DNA of 64,000 nt, taken from positions 4,960,001 through 5,024,000 of the forward strand of contig OY760175.1 of the NCBI GenBank assembly GCA_963663165.1. The letters are read 5' to 3'. Below, piece by piece: positions 1 through 9,986 of the stretch (position 1 is its first letter; each line of letters begins with the position of its first letter). The DNA is from an uncultured Desulfospira sp. (lineage in GTDB: Bacteria; Desulfobacterota; Desulfobacteria; Desulfobacterales; Desulfobacteraceae). Under the pieces are notes generated by a model. The model did no database searches. It had not been told where the DNA came from and saw nothing but the letters and a program-made list of their open reading frames with translations. The translations under genes and the position numbers were made by a program.

Positions 1-52
1 TTGCCAAGCAGATGTGTCAGGCGCTTTGTCAGCCCTTTGCCCACAACGTGAG

Positions 53-262
53 TTATTCGTCTTCAGGCATTACATCTTTTTTAACAACAATCCGGTTTGC
101 AGCAATCTCCCTAAGGACAGTTACCACATCCTCGTTTTTGGATGGAGGAACAAGAAAATCGGCACCTTCCCTGACCTGACGCACCCGTTTTGCAGCCAGG
201 TGGACAAGGGTAAAGCGGTTATCGACATTTTTCAAACAGTCTTCAATAGTTACACGTGCCAC
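53..262 (-). CDS. rpoZ: RNA polymerase subunit omega
   Basis: VARVTIEDCL..NRFTLVHLAAKRVRQ..LREIA signature; GTG start at 262 after a GGAAAGGA RBS. Confidence 0.95.
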   Translation of the reverse strand: MARVTIEDCLKNVDNRFTLVHLAAKRVRQVREGADFLVPPSKNEDVVTVLREIAANRIVVKKDVMPEDE

Positions 263-391
263 AATAGATTCCTTTCCATATAACCCCCATGTCCTAGCGG
301 ACACAACGAAGCATGAAACACTTGCAAATTTTGAAAAAAGGTCATAGCTATCAATTTTTTTTTCGACCAAGAAAAATATAAGGAGATAGCT

Positions 392-1651
392 ATGACCAAG
401 GGATCAAAAAATAGCACATTAATCCAAATTGTTCACCCAATTTGTTGTGGTTTGGATGTTCACAAAGACAAAATTTCAGCCTGTTTAATCACTGTTGATG
501 GTAATGGGAAAGAACAGCATAAGATTCGAGAATTTTCATCATTTACTCAAGATTTGCAAAAAATGAAAATGTGGTTGATTGAAAACAGCTGTCCTGTAGT
601 GGCAATGGAAAGTACCGGGGTATATTGGCATCCGGTTTATAACACCATTGAAGGTACGATGGAGGTTGTTTTGGTGAATGCCAGGCATATTAAAAATGTT
701 CCAGGCAGAAAAACAGACATCTGTGACAGTAAATGGCTTGCAGGACTGCTTCGTCATGGGTTGGTAAAAGGTAGTTTTATTCCCCCTGAACATGTTCGTG
801 AATGGCGTGAGTTAAGCCGATTACGAAAAACATATACAGAATCTCTGGCTGATTATAAGCGACGTGTTCATAAATTATTTATCACGGCAAATATTAAAAT
901 TGATTCTGTTGTTTCTGATTTGTTCGGGCTTACCGGTTTGAATCTCATTGATTTGTTATGCAAAAACGGTGAAGTGACTTTGGAAAAGGTCCAGGAATGC
1001 ACAAAAGGAGGGCTTAAAAAGAAAATTCCTGAATTATATTTAAGCCTCCATGGATATTTTAAAGATCATCATCGATTCCAACTGATTGGCATGATGGAGG
1101 CCATTGAGATGTTTCAAAAACAGATTGAACAAATTGATGATAGATTGGAATTACTTACCCTCGACTATGAAAATTTACTGAAAAGGTTAGATGAAGTTCC
1201 CGGGATCGATAAAAAGTCAGCGCAATCCATTCTTGGAGAAGTCGGGGTCACATTGAATGAGTTTGAAAGCATGTCTGCTTTTGTTGCATGGGCCGGATTG
1301 TGCCCGGGAAACAATGAAAGCGCGGGTAAAAGGAAAAGCGGCCGGAACGCGGTTCGAAATCATCCATTCAAAACGATTTTAGTGCAGGCTGCATGGGCTG
1401 CAATTAAAAAGAAGGGCTCGTACTACAAGGCCAAATATTATAAGCTGAAGTCAAGGCGGGGTGCCAGAAAAGCGATTGTTGCCATAGCCCACAGGATAGC
1501 AAAAGCTATTTACAGCATCATCAAAAACGGGGACATTTATAAAGACCTTGGCGAGGACTATTTAAGCAAACCCAATAAGCAAAGAATGTTGAAGAATTTG
1601 GCAAGAAAGGCGGATGAATTAGGAATGAAACTTGTACCGTGTGAAAGCTGA
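392..1651 (+). CDS. IS110-family transposase/recombinase
   Basis: DEDD RuvC-like motifs GLDVHK, MESTGVYW, RKTDICDS; C-terminal GLCPGNNESAGK with the conserved Ser; AGGAG RBS. Confidence 0.97.
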   Translation: MTKGSKNSTLIQIVHPICCGLDVHKDKISACLITVDGNGKEQHKIREFSSFTQDLQKMKMWLIENSCPVVAMESTGVYWHPVYNTIEGTMEVVLVNARHIKNVPGRKTDICDSKWLAGLLRHGLVKGSFIPPEHVREWRELSRLRKTYTESLADYKRRVHKLFITANIKIDSVVSDLFGLTGLNLIDLLCKNGEVTLEKVQECTKGGLKKKIPELYLSLHGYFKDHHRFQLIGMMEAIEMFQKQIEQIDDRLELLTLDYENLLKRLDEVPGIDKKSAQSILGEVGVTLNEFESMSAFVAWAGLCPGNNESAGKRKSGRNAVRNHPFKTILVQAAWAAIKKKGSYYKAKYYKLKSRRGARKAIVAIAHRIAKAIYSIIKNGDIYKDLGEDYLSKPNKQRMLKNLARKADELGMKLVPCES

Positions 1652-1842
1652 ATAACTTAGCAACATGTTTTGTACCGATATTGTTTAGAGGCGTACAACA
1701 GATAAATTGATTATTGACTCAGTAATAAAAAGTCGGATGTTGAAATGAAGCCTTAGAGCGCGAATATAACATGACTGGTCGGTTTTTTGCACAACGAACT
1801 GTTAGTCCCCACCAGGGGAACTACGTATATAAAACTTATTTA

Positions 1843-3720
1843 GTGCCTGACCGGAAACCCCGATTTTGAAATTTTCAGGGGGTCGATGTTTGACAAAACC
1901 TTAAATCTTTGTTGTTCCTGTCATCACAAACCGGGAGAAATGCTTCCATCTCTGCCGGTTTTCGGCAACTTTCTCCTTTTCCGGACGCAACTGTAGTGTT
2001 TGCCGTGTTTTTTTTAAGCAATGGCCTGTTTTAAGCTGCTTTGCGCTGTTCAGACCCTTGCAGCTTTTTTAATCCCTTTTGTTGTATGTGATGCCCGATG
2101 ATCTGGAGATTTCTTGCCAAAACCGACAGGCTCACATACCTCTTAAACCCTTGAATGCCATGATCCGGGCATCTGTCAAGACCATGATTTTCCAGTCCGT
2201 TTATGGCAGATTCCACCGCTGAATGTTTTCTTTTAAAACGAATGAAATCTTCCGCTGTTTCTTCTTCATATTCCGCCTTGTTGCATCTGCCTTTTTTCGG
2301 AAGCACCAAAATATCCAATCTGCCCTTCAGGTCATTTTTGTTGCCTGGAGAGTAAAACCCTTTATCAAAACTGCATCCTTTGAGATCAGAAAATTTGCTT
2401 TGTGCCAATGTTACCATCGCAACGGCGACTTTATCATCGGTTTCTTTCTCCATCACCCGGTGGTGCAGGATAAAGCCATATTGGTCCTCCAGGATACATA
2501 CCCGCAAGCCCAATTCCTGGGGAACACCGGCCTTGCCTTTTGAAATCCACTCCGTGTGGGGTTCGAAAATCGAAAAAATCTTGTCTTCATGGGGGATCTT
2601 TTCATCCTGTAACACCCGGCGTTTGATCAAATCAATTTGCCAAAGTGCGTAGTTGATATATGTTTGTAATTCTTCAGCTCGGGCTGCACATATAATATCG
2701 GATGCCGGTATCATTTCCACGGTCAATCGCGCCTTTTGAATATATTTTTCAGCAAGCTTGATATATGCTGTATGGGCATCCATAATTTGCTGGACTCTTT
2801 TGGCCTTTTTCTTTTCATCCTTTGATGTGGAATGTTTCAAACGCTGGACTATTCGATAAAGCTTTTTAAATGCTTTAATATTATACGCTGATTGCCGCCA
2901 CATACTCGTTCCAATGTCCTGGCTGATAATAGCGGCAATTTGAATCATTTTTCGGACTGCATCAAAAAGCAGGTTGATATCTGTGGGATAATGAACATTG
3001 GTTTCTACAACGAATGAATCACACCGCCCAATCAAGGCTCCATCGTCCGAAGTTTTTTTTTCATCAGAAGTTTATGGCCTTCTTGCACAACCAGAGTGTT
3101 GATTTTGTCAAGAATATCTGGGGTCATAAGCCTGACATTATCTTTCAGGGTCTGAAGGGGGTAGGCGATATCATTGTCCATCATGCCATGCCCCAGCATC
3201 TGCCTTATTGTTTTGTGGTTGTTCACCATTTCCTGGAGTTTATCATAATCCCAATTGCAATTGAGCCGAATGACGCCCATTACAAGGATCTTCCACAGGT
3301 CCATACCGGGACGTCCATTTTTAGAATCGGTACTTTCTGGGATCATGTCCGTGAGGATATCAAAAACTTTTTGTCGAAGACTCTGGTCGCAATAGATATG
3401 TTGGAGTCCCAAAAGAAGTTTGGGGATTTCATCCCTGGCTCTCATATCAATTTTAATTTGATCGATAGGGGTCTGCCCGAATGTCATCTGTAGTTCAAAA
3501 ATTTTACGCAAAACGACCTCGAAGTTCTGATGGAATGTTGAAGTTTGAATTACTATTGGCTTGTCTCACAAAACATAAATCCTATATAATTTTATAGGGT
3601 TAGATTAACATAGTAATTAGTAAAAAGCAACAAGTAATTCATATCACAACAGAAACTTCAAACGAATTTCAGCCCAGATACCCCTGGAAAATATGATGGT
3701 TCCAATTTCCGGTCAGGCAC
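1843..3720 (-). mobile_element. ISNCY/ISDol1-like (IS5-related DDE) insertion sequence
   Basis: Perfect 15-bp TIRs GTGCCTGACCGGAAA (1843-1857) / TTTCCGGTCAGGCAC (3706-3720); 6-bp target duplication TATTTA (1837-1842, 3721-3726). Confidence 0.92.
2031..3511 (-). CDS. DDE transposase in two frames (3032-3511 and 2031-3035) joined by a -1 shift at an A9 run
   Basis: GRPGMDLWKIL, DSFVVETNVHYPTD, SFDKGF and HSAVESAINGLE motifs; T9 at 3053-3061. Confidence 0.88.
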
Positions 3721-4009
3721 TATTTAAGTAAACTGACCACTACTGATGATTTAAGAAACTATCTTCTGTGCTTGAGATATTAACCAAACGGGAAATATTA
3801 TCGATTGGATATTAAAAAATTGTAACGCTAATCAAAATGTTTTGGGGCAAACCCATAAACCAACGGAATTCTATTCCCTTTTTACGGGGTAGTGTTTCAT
3901 ATAAACGGTCATGGACCATCTTTGGGTTCATTGCAGGATACGAGCCTGATGGGGCATCCTGTCAATGGTTCTTCATTATTTTATGTTTGTAAAACAGAAT
4001 GTTAATGGA

Positions 4010-4397
4010 TCAAAGAATATCGACAATCTCGTAAATTCGTTTCCCGCCAGGGGCCTGGATGACAGCCTCATCACCCGGCACTTTTCCAATCAGGGCCGCA
4101 CCCAGAGGAGAGGTCACAGAAATTTTTCCCTTTTTAATATCAGCCTCATCTTCTCCAACGATCATGTACTCAAGTTCTTCTTCAGAATCCAGATTTTCGA
4201 CAACAACGCGACTTGCAAACCTTACCACATCCTTGGGTACGGATTTCGGATCAATGACTTTGGCATTACCGATCTTATAAGAAAGCTCTCCGATCCGCCC
4301 CTCAATAAAAGACTGACGCTCTTTGGCAGCATGGTACTCTGCATTCTCGGATAAATCGCCATGGGCCCTTGCCACCTCTATGGCCTTGATAATCTCA
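4010..4397 (-). pseudogene. greA: Transcription elongation factor GreA, 5'-truncated
   Basis: EIIKAIEVARAHGDLSENAEYHAAKERQ and ISVTSPLGAALIGK; roughly the first 25-30 aa are missing and replaced by IS91-like sequence. Confidence 0.85.
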
Positions 4398-4704
4398 AAC
4401 TGATAACACAATCCCGACAATTATGCAAAATAAGATGTCTTCAAAAGAAGCAAGGCAGAATTGGGCCAGGTTAATCCAAAAAATTTATGAAGTTGATCCT
4501 TTGGTTTGCCCAAAATGTCAGGGTCAAATGAAACTGATTTCTTTTGTGGAAAATCTCGATGTTATAGAAAAAATTCTGCGTCACCTGGGCTTATGGGATA
4601 TTCACAACCATGATCCACCGCAGGCGGTTATTTCTGAGCCCATTCCTGAGTTGGTTTATGACTTTTCAGACTCTCAAATTCCGGCGGTTGAGTATTGGAA
4701 TTGA
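4396..4704 (+). pseudogene. IS91-family transposase C-terminal fragment
   Basis: Zinc-finger-containing tail only; catalytic region absent. Confidence 0.8.
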
Positions 4705-4952
4705 TTTTCACTGTACGCGGGGTTTCTGGTGAGGTGCGCTTAAAATCAGCTTAAATTTTGGAATTTTCATATTTGCTTTGGAAATTTCTGATACAGACTG
4801 TTCTTTTACCTCTGTCCTGCGACATCCCTTTTTTCGGCGAATGCCCCCGCCGGGCCACAGGCACAACATGTTGTGCCTGTGGCCCGGCGGGGGCATATTT
4901 CAAGCTTCCAATATTTTTCTATACTTCTTGAGTCAATAAGCAAGTTCTTATC
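4396..4952 (+). mobile_element. IS91-family remnant (transposase C-terminus plus oriIS-like end)
   Basis: WARLIQKIYEVDPLVCPKCQGQMKLISF..KILRHLGLW; terminal AAGCAAGTTCTTATC (4938-4952) resembles IS91/ISCR ori ends and coincides with the break in the neighbouring gene. Confidence 0.75.
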
Positions 4953-6367
4953 TGTAAATAGCTTGATCGGCTGGAACCGGGATAATAGGTCCCTGCCGCC
5001 ACCCAGATCTCGTCCCCGGAAAGGGAATAGGTTAAAGCGGTTTGGAGATCCGTCAAAGCATTCTTCCAGCTTGTTCCGACCTCCTTTCCGGTGAAATCAA
5101 CGTCCACATAGATCGTCCCGGCCGACGGCATATCATTTTCATCCGCGGGGTCTGTTCCATGCACCATCTCGACCATCTCGTCATAACCGTCGCCGTCCGA
5201 GTCGGTGTCATCCGGATCAGTGCCGTAAAAAATCTCTTCCGCGTAATCTGACAGCCCGTCTTCGTCCGAGTCCAGGAACTCGTCCGCGCCCATGTCAACG
5301 GTGCCGTTCAACCGATTCTCACCGTCAATATCTTCCGCGATGCCGGAAGCCGCTGAGTTTCTGCCTTTGTTGATGCAGGGTGACCAGCCAAGCAGGTGAA
5401 TGCCGTCACTGTCAAACCTCGGATCGGCATTGATATTACCGCCGTTGTCCGTTCCCAAACCACGGATGCCGCCTTCGACATCACAACAGGAAAATTGGGG
5501 GGTGGAAGAAGATGAACTATTATAAACCTCTTTTCCCGATGTTGCAGTATCTCCCCACAGGATGCAATTGGTTAGGATCGGCGAAGAAGACCCGTTATAG
5601 ATCCCGCCGCCAGACCCATAGCTGCCGGCTCTGTTTCCGCTGAACGTACAATTGGTAAGGATCGGCGAAGAAGACCTGTTGACCATCCCGCCGCCATGCA
5701 TAACGCTGGCTCTATTCCCGATGAATGTGCAGCCTGTGAGGGTCGGCGAAGAGTCGTCGTTGACCATCCCGCCGCCATATTGGTAGGCATTATTACTGAT
5801 AAAGGTGCAGCCTGTTAGAGTCGGCGAAGAATGGTCGTTGAACATCCCACCGCCTTGGGTGTAGGCGTAATTTCCGCTGAAAGTGCAATACGATATTGTC
5901 GGTGAGGATCTTATGTTATACATCCCGCCGCCATATGCGTTCGAATGTCCCTTTTTAATGGTAAACCCGGAAAGCACGGCTGTGGCGGTCAGGGAGAGGG
6001 AAGATGGATGGTAAAAGACATGATAGCACTTATTCGCACCGGAAAGAATGGTTTCGTTGGCGTCAATATCCCGCTGGGAACGTGCGGTTTCACTCCCGTC
6101 AAACCCCCCGTAAATACCAACGCCGTTTTTCATCTGAAAACAACTTGACGTGCTTGTGCCCGGATAATAGGTCCCTTCCGCCACCCAGATCTCGTCCCCG
6201 GAGGATGAAGCCGCCAGGGCAGCCTGAAGATCGGTATAGGCATCTGTCCAGCTTGATCCGTCATTCGCTCCGGAAGTGGCATCCGCATCCACATAAATGG
6301 TCACAGCATGTGCAGTTGTTCCAAGAAAGAAAATTCCCATCACCAGGAAAAAAAATATTTTCCGCAT
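4919..6367 (-). pseudogene. Secreted right-handed beta-helix (choice-of-anchor Q / Pmp-like) protein, 3'-truncated at 4953
   Basis: Signal peptide; GGGM-N-SSPTLT-CTF repeats; SPCINKG..VDMGADE; DSDGDG repeats; a second copy of the N-terminal module (GDEIWVAAGTYYPG) breaks at the IS91 end. Confidence 0.8.
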
Positions 6368-6439
6368 ACGATCAACGCCCCCATATTCAATTTTATGGTT
6401 AACCGCCCAATGTCAAAGTCAATGATTTTCCCATACGCA

Positions 6440-6656
6440 TAACACATGAAATTACCCCCTGTCGTCCGGGATCATGCTTTTTTTGCCTGCCGGAAAAACC
6501 CAAAAAACGGGCAAAAAAAGTGGCAAAAATGCACAATTTCGGACGTCTGAAAAACTTAAAAATTATGTGTTAAATATTAATGTTATGAAGATATAGAAGA
6601 GATATTGAGTGGATTTACAATTCCCTTCACTTGGGATATAAATTTTTAAAAAAAAC
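6440..6656. promoter_or_regulatory. Duplicated upstream region, copy 1
   Basis: Aligns along its length with 10401-10620, e.g. identical AAATGCACAATTTCGGACGTCTGAAAAACTTAAAAATTAT. Confidence 0.85.
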
Positions 6657-6673
6657 GGGTAGGCAGAATCTGT

Positions 6674-6931
6674 AAATTCGGGGACAGTAAATTCGGGGAC
6701 ACGAAACAAAATTAAAATTGATGGCGTCGTAAAAAGTCTCCACCTACTGCGTTATGGTGCCTGACCAGATGCTCGACATACTACATGTATGCCTTCACAC
6801 CTGGCCAGACCCCATGCCTTGTAGGTGAAGATTTTTACTTAGCCATCGGTTGGACTTTTTACGAGTTCATCAAAATTGGCTTGTAAATATTTTAGTATCG
6901 TGTCCCCCGAATTTCCGTGTCCCCCGAATTT
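6674..6931. repeat. Inverted pairs of AAATTCGGGG(G)ACA REP-like repeats
   Basis: Copies at 6674-6686 and 6689-6701; inverted copies at 6901-6914 and 6918-6931. Confidence 0.8.
6718..6873. mobile_element. 156-bp MITE-like palindromic element
   Basis: TIRs TTGATGGCGTCGTAAAAAGTC / GACTTTTTACGAGTTCATCAA (18/21 match) with an internal imperfect hairpin. Confidence 0.75.
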
Positions 6932-7022
6932 CCGATATTTGAGAAACAAATAGATTAGACCTTAACAGATTCAGATCAAAAACGTTTGTCGTTCATTTTT
7001 TCTGATATTTGAGAAGGAAATG

Positions 7023-7076
7023 TTTAATCCGGGGACATACACAATTATCTTAAATTGTGTATATCCCCGGATTAAA
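7023..7076. repeat. GGGGACA-type REP hairpin
   Basis: 24-bp near-perfect inverted repeat. Confidence 0.75.
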
Positions 7077-7096
7077 AGAATTTGTTCTATTAAATT

Positions 7097-7170
7097 TACG
7101 GAAACCGGAGACCGGAAACCGGAGGACGGAAAGGAAGACAACCATTTTCCGGTCTCCGGTCTCCGGTCTC
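7097..7170. repeat. Inverted heptamer tracts (CCGGAGA/CCGGAAA vs TCTCCGG)
   Basis: Seen directly; would form a hairpin downstream of the 896-aa gene. Confidence 0.7.
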
Positions 7171-7192
7171 CTTTCTTCCGAATTGACGGCAA

Positions 7193-9883
7193 TCATGACT
7201 TTCCAGTTTTATGGTTGGTTTTAAACCGGCGCGCCCGGCATATTACGATCGTAAATATCAGCACAAGCCACACCTGTTTCAGACCCGGGTGATTTCCGGC
7301 TTGAAGGGTGTGGATAAAACAGCCGCCGCCTCCGCCGCCTCCGCCGCCCCCGCCGGAGCTGTCACTGTCGTCCCCAAAGGCAAAGGTCACGGGATCCACA
7401 ATTACACCGTTGGCCACACCGTCCGCATCCCCGTCGCCGCCGTCGGTGAGTTCCAGGGTGATGCAGGAGACATCGCCATTCTCATCCGTGGTTACCGATT
7501 CCCAGCCTGCAGTAAATTGGGTCCATCCGTTTACCTCATCATATTTGTAGATGATCAGGTCCTGGTCGTCGCTGTCCGGGGTCAGGGCCGGTGAAAAGTA
7601 CAATTGCACCTGGGTGGTTGCCCCGGCCTCGGGCACGGCAAGCTTAATGGTGAAAACGGCTGTGGCAGGTTCCATGGGGCAGGGCTCGTCCATATCCTCT
7701 TCAAACATGCGGCCAAAGTTCTCAAGGGTTGCGCCGTCGTCGGCCAGACGCAGTCCGGCCTGAACGGCGGTTTCATCTTCAGCGGTGATATCAAGCCAGT
7801 TTACACTATCCAGAAAGCCGTCTTCGCTTTCAACAATGATGCCTGGATCACCGGAAAGTTCCTGGTCGTCAGGCAGGCCATTGCCATTAGCATCGTCGCT
7901 GTTTACTGCAGCAGTGGTAAAATTAAACGGGGTGGACCAGCTCCATGGCATCCCGTTGTCATCCATAAAGCGGGCTCTCCAATAGTATGTCGTCCCGCCT
8001 TCAAGTATCAGTTCAGGCACCAGAAGATTTAAAAGAAAGGTTTCGGAGGTGATATCCATAACAAGGGATGTAAAATCCAGGTCATCACTGATCTGCCACC
8101 GGGTTGAGCCGTGCAGCGCCAGGATTGCGCTTTCACCATAATCAGCCTCAAGCGCCATGGGCAGTGCCAATTGCGATGACTGGTTTTCCGGAACCGTCAG
8201 CACGGCAATTCCCGGTCCCTGGGTAAAGGTGACAGGGTCACCGCCAAAGTCAACTTCATCACCATCCCCAACGCCGTCGCCGTCGGTGTCGGCATCATTG
8301 GGGTCGGTTCCGTTGTCAATCTCTTCGGTGTTGGTCAGGCCGTCATCATCGATATCCGTATCATAGGTCAGGCTGAGCCGGCTGGCGGCGGTGTTGTCAT
8401 TTCCCACAAGGTCCTGGACAGAGCCCGGGGTTACATCCACAGTGACTTCGCCGTCGGCTGCGGGGATGATGTTCACGGTCCAGACCTGTCCCGTGGTTGT
8501 TTCGTTAAAATCCGCGGCCGTGCCGTTTCCCACCACAAGGTCGTCAACGGTAAACCCTGTCACCTGTTCGCTGAAGGTCACGGTCACCGGGATCGGGGAT
8601 TCGCCTGTGGGATCTGCTGCCGTGGTGGAAAGCGTCACGAAAGGCAAGGTGCCGTCATAGGTCCTGGTGAGCTGATCGGCTTGGGTGTTGCCGTTTTCCG
8701 CATCATCCGTTACAGCGTCGGCATTGAGATCCACGGTGACTTCACCGTCGGCTGCGGGGATGATGTTCACGGTCCAGACCTGACCTGTGGTTGTTTCGGT
8801 AAAATCTGCGGCCGTGCAGTTTCCCACCACAAGGTCGTCAACGGTAAACCCTGTCACCTGTTCGCTGAAGGTCACGGTCACCGGGATCGGGGATTCGCCT
8901 GTGGGATCTGCTGCCGTGGTGGAAAGCGTCACGAAAGGCAAGGTGCCGTCATAGGTCCTGGTGAGCTGATCGGCTTGGGTGTTGCCGTTTTCCGCATCAT
9001 CCGTTACAGCGTCGGCATTGAGATCCACGGTGACTTCACCATCGGCTGCGGGGATGATGTTCACGGTCCAGACCTGTCCTGTGGTTGTTTCGGTAAAGTC
9101 CGCGGCCGTGCCGTTCCCCACCACAAGGTCGTCAACGGTAAACCCTGTCACCTGTTCGCTGAAGGTCACCGTCACCGGGATCGGGGATTCTCCTGTGGGA
9201 TCTGCTGCCGTGGTGGAAAGTGCAACGGAAAGCAAGGTGCTGTCATAGGTCCTGCTGAGCTGATCAGCTTGGGTGTTGCCGTAGCCCGCTAAATCCTTTA
9301 CAGCATCGGCATTTAGATCCACGGTGACTTCACCGTCGGCTGCGGGGATGATGTTCACGGTCCAGACTAGTCCCGTGGTTGTTTCGTTAAAATCCGCGGC
9401 TGTGCCGTTTCCAACCACAAGGTCGTCAACGGTAAACCCTGTCACATGTTTGCTGAAGGTCACCGTCACCGGGATCGGGGATTCTCCTGTGGGATCTGCT
9501 GCCGTGGTGGAAAGTGCAACGGAAGGCAAGGTGGTGTCATCGGGCGTGCTGGACCTCATACAACTAAAATACGTTTCTCTTATTGCCCGCTTACAAGTAA
9601 TGTCGCTGCTTATTCCGTCCCATCTTTCAAATAGGTCCTCGCACCTCTTCTGAGAAGGCATTGTAGCTGCATAGGTGAAAGCATCACAAATTGTCTCGGA
9701 GTGCTCGCAGGCATCCAAATAATCTGAACACTCAAATGCAAAAACCGTTGCGGGTATCATAGTGATCATGGCCAACAGCAATGGGATCGCCACCCATTTA
9801 GCCCGTTTCGCCTTATGATGAGCCATCGCCCGGACACCGGGGAACCGGGATGTAAACGTGACAAACTTAAAAAACCTGATCAT
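7193..9883 (-). CDS. Large surface protein: Cys-rich N-terminal domain, 4 Ig-like repeats, choice-of-anchor U-like domain, Gly-rich CFI-type C-terminal anchor
   Basis: PIPVTVTFSEQVTGFTVDDLVVGNG-type repeat x4; LELTDGGDGDADGVANGVIVDP; GGGGGGCFI followed by a TM helix and basic tail; true start probably a downstream Met. Confidence 0.85.
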   Translation of the reverse strand: MIRFFKFVTFTSRFPGVRAMAHHKAKRAKWVAIPLLLAMITMIPATVFAFECSDYLDACEHSETICDAFTYAATMPSQKRCEDLFERWDGISSDITCKRAIRETYFSCMRSSTPDDTTLPSVALSTTAADPTGESPIPVTVTFSKHVTGFTVDDLVVGNGTAADFNETTTGLVWTVNIIPAADGEVTVDLNADAVKDLAGYGNTQADQLSRTYDSTLLSVALSTTAADPTGESPIPVTVTFSEQVTGFTVDDLVVGNGTAADFTETTTGQVWTVNIIPAADGEVTVDLNADAVTDDAENGNTQADQLTRTYDGTLPFVTLSTTAADPTGESPIPVTVTFSEQVTGFTVDDLVVGNCTAADFTETTTGQVWTVNIIPAADGEVTVDLNADAVTDDAENGNTQADQLTRTYDGTLPFVTLSTTAADPTGESPIPVTVTFSEQVTGFTVDDLVVGNGTAADFNETTTGQVWTVNIIPAADGEVTVDVTPGSVQDLVGNDNTAASRLSLTYDTDIDDDGLTNTEEIDNGTDPNDADTDGDGVGDGDEVDFGGDPVTFTQGPGIAVLTVPENQSSQLALPMALEADYGESAILALHGSTRWQISDDLDFTSLVMDITSETFLLNLLVPELILEGGTTYYWRARFMDDNGMPWSWSTPFNFTTAAVNSDDANGNGLPDDQELSGDPGIIVESEDGFLDSVNWLDITAEDETAVQAGLRLADDGATLENFGRMFEEDMDEPCPMEPATAVFTIKLAVPEAGATTQVQLYFSPALTPDSDDQDLIIYKYDEVNGWTQFTAGWESVTTDENGDVSCITLELTDGGDGDADGVANGVIVDPVTFAFGDDSDSSGGGGGGGGGGGCFIHTLQAGNHPGLKQVWLVLIFTIVICRARRFKTNHKTGKS
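8360..9535 (-). repeat. Four tandem 294-bp coding repeats
   Basis: TCATAGGTC recurs at 8361, 8655, 8949, 9243. Confidence 0.92.
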
Positions 9884-9942
9884 GACTTACTCCTCTATCC
9901 TGAGTTAAGGTCTCACTGTTTCGTCAAATTATTTCGAAATCC

Positions 9943-9986
9943 GGGGACACCTTACTTATTTATTCCCAATTCAGTAAGGTGTCCCC
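9943..9986. repeat. GGGGACA-type REP hairpin
   Basis: Perfect 14-bp inverted repeat GGGGACACCTTACT / AGTAAGGTGTCCCC. Confidence 0.8.

Larger units (their letters stand above)
308..3903 (+). mobile_element. IS110-family, IS1111-type insertion sequence, interrupted by a nested IS
   Basis: Subterminal inverted repeat ATGAAACACT (313-322) / AGTGTTTCAT (3891-3900) followed by ATA; AAC(G) core on both sides (305-308, 3904-3907); short left and long right non-coding ends. Exact ends uncertain by a few bp. Confidence 0.8.

Noticed and set aside
277..307. IS110 left end at the CATATAA near 277
   Set aside because: The subterminal inverted repeat at 313-322 and the AAC core at 305-307 place the end near 308; 277-307 fits a degenerate A unit instead.
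8360..9535. Diversity-generating retroelement template/variable repeats
   Set aside because: These are in-frame tandem Ig-domain repeats, and no reverse transcriptase is in the window.
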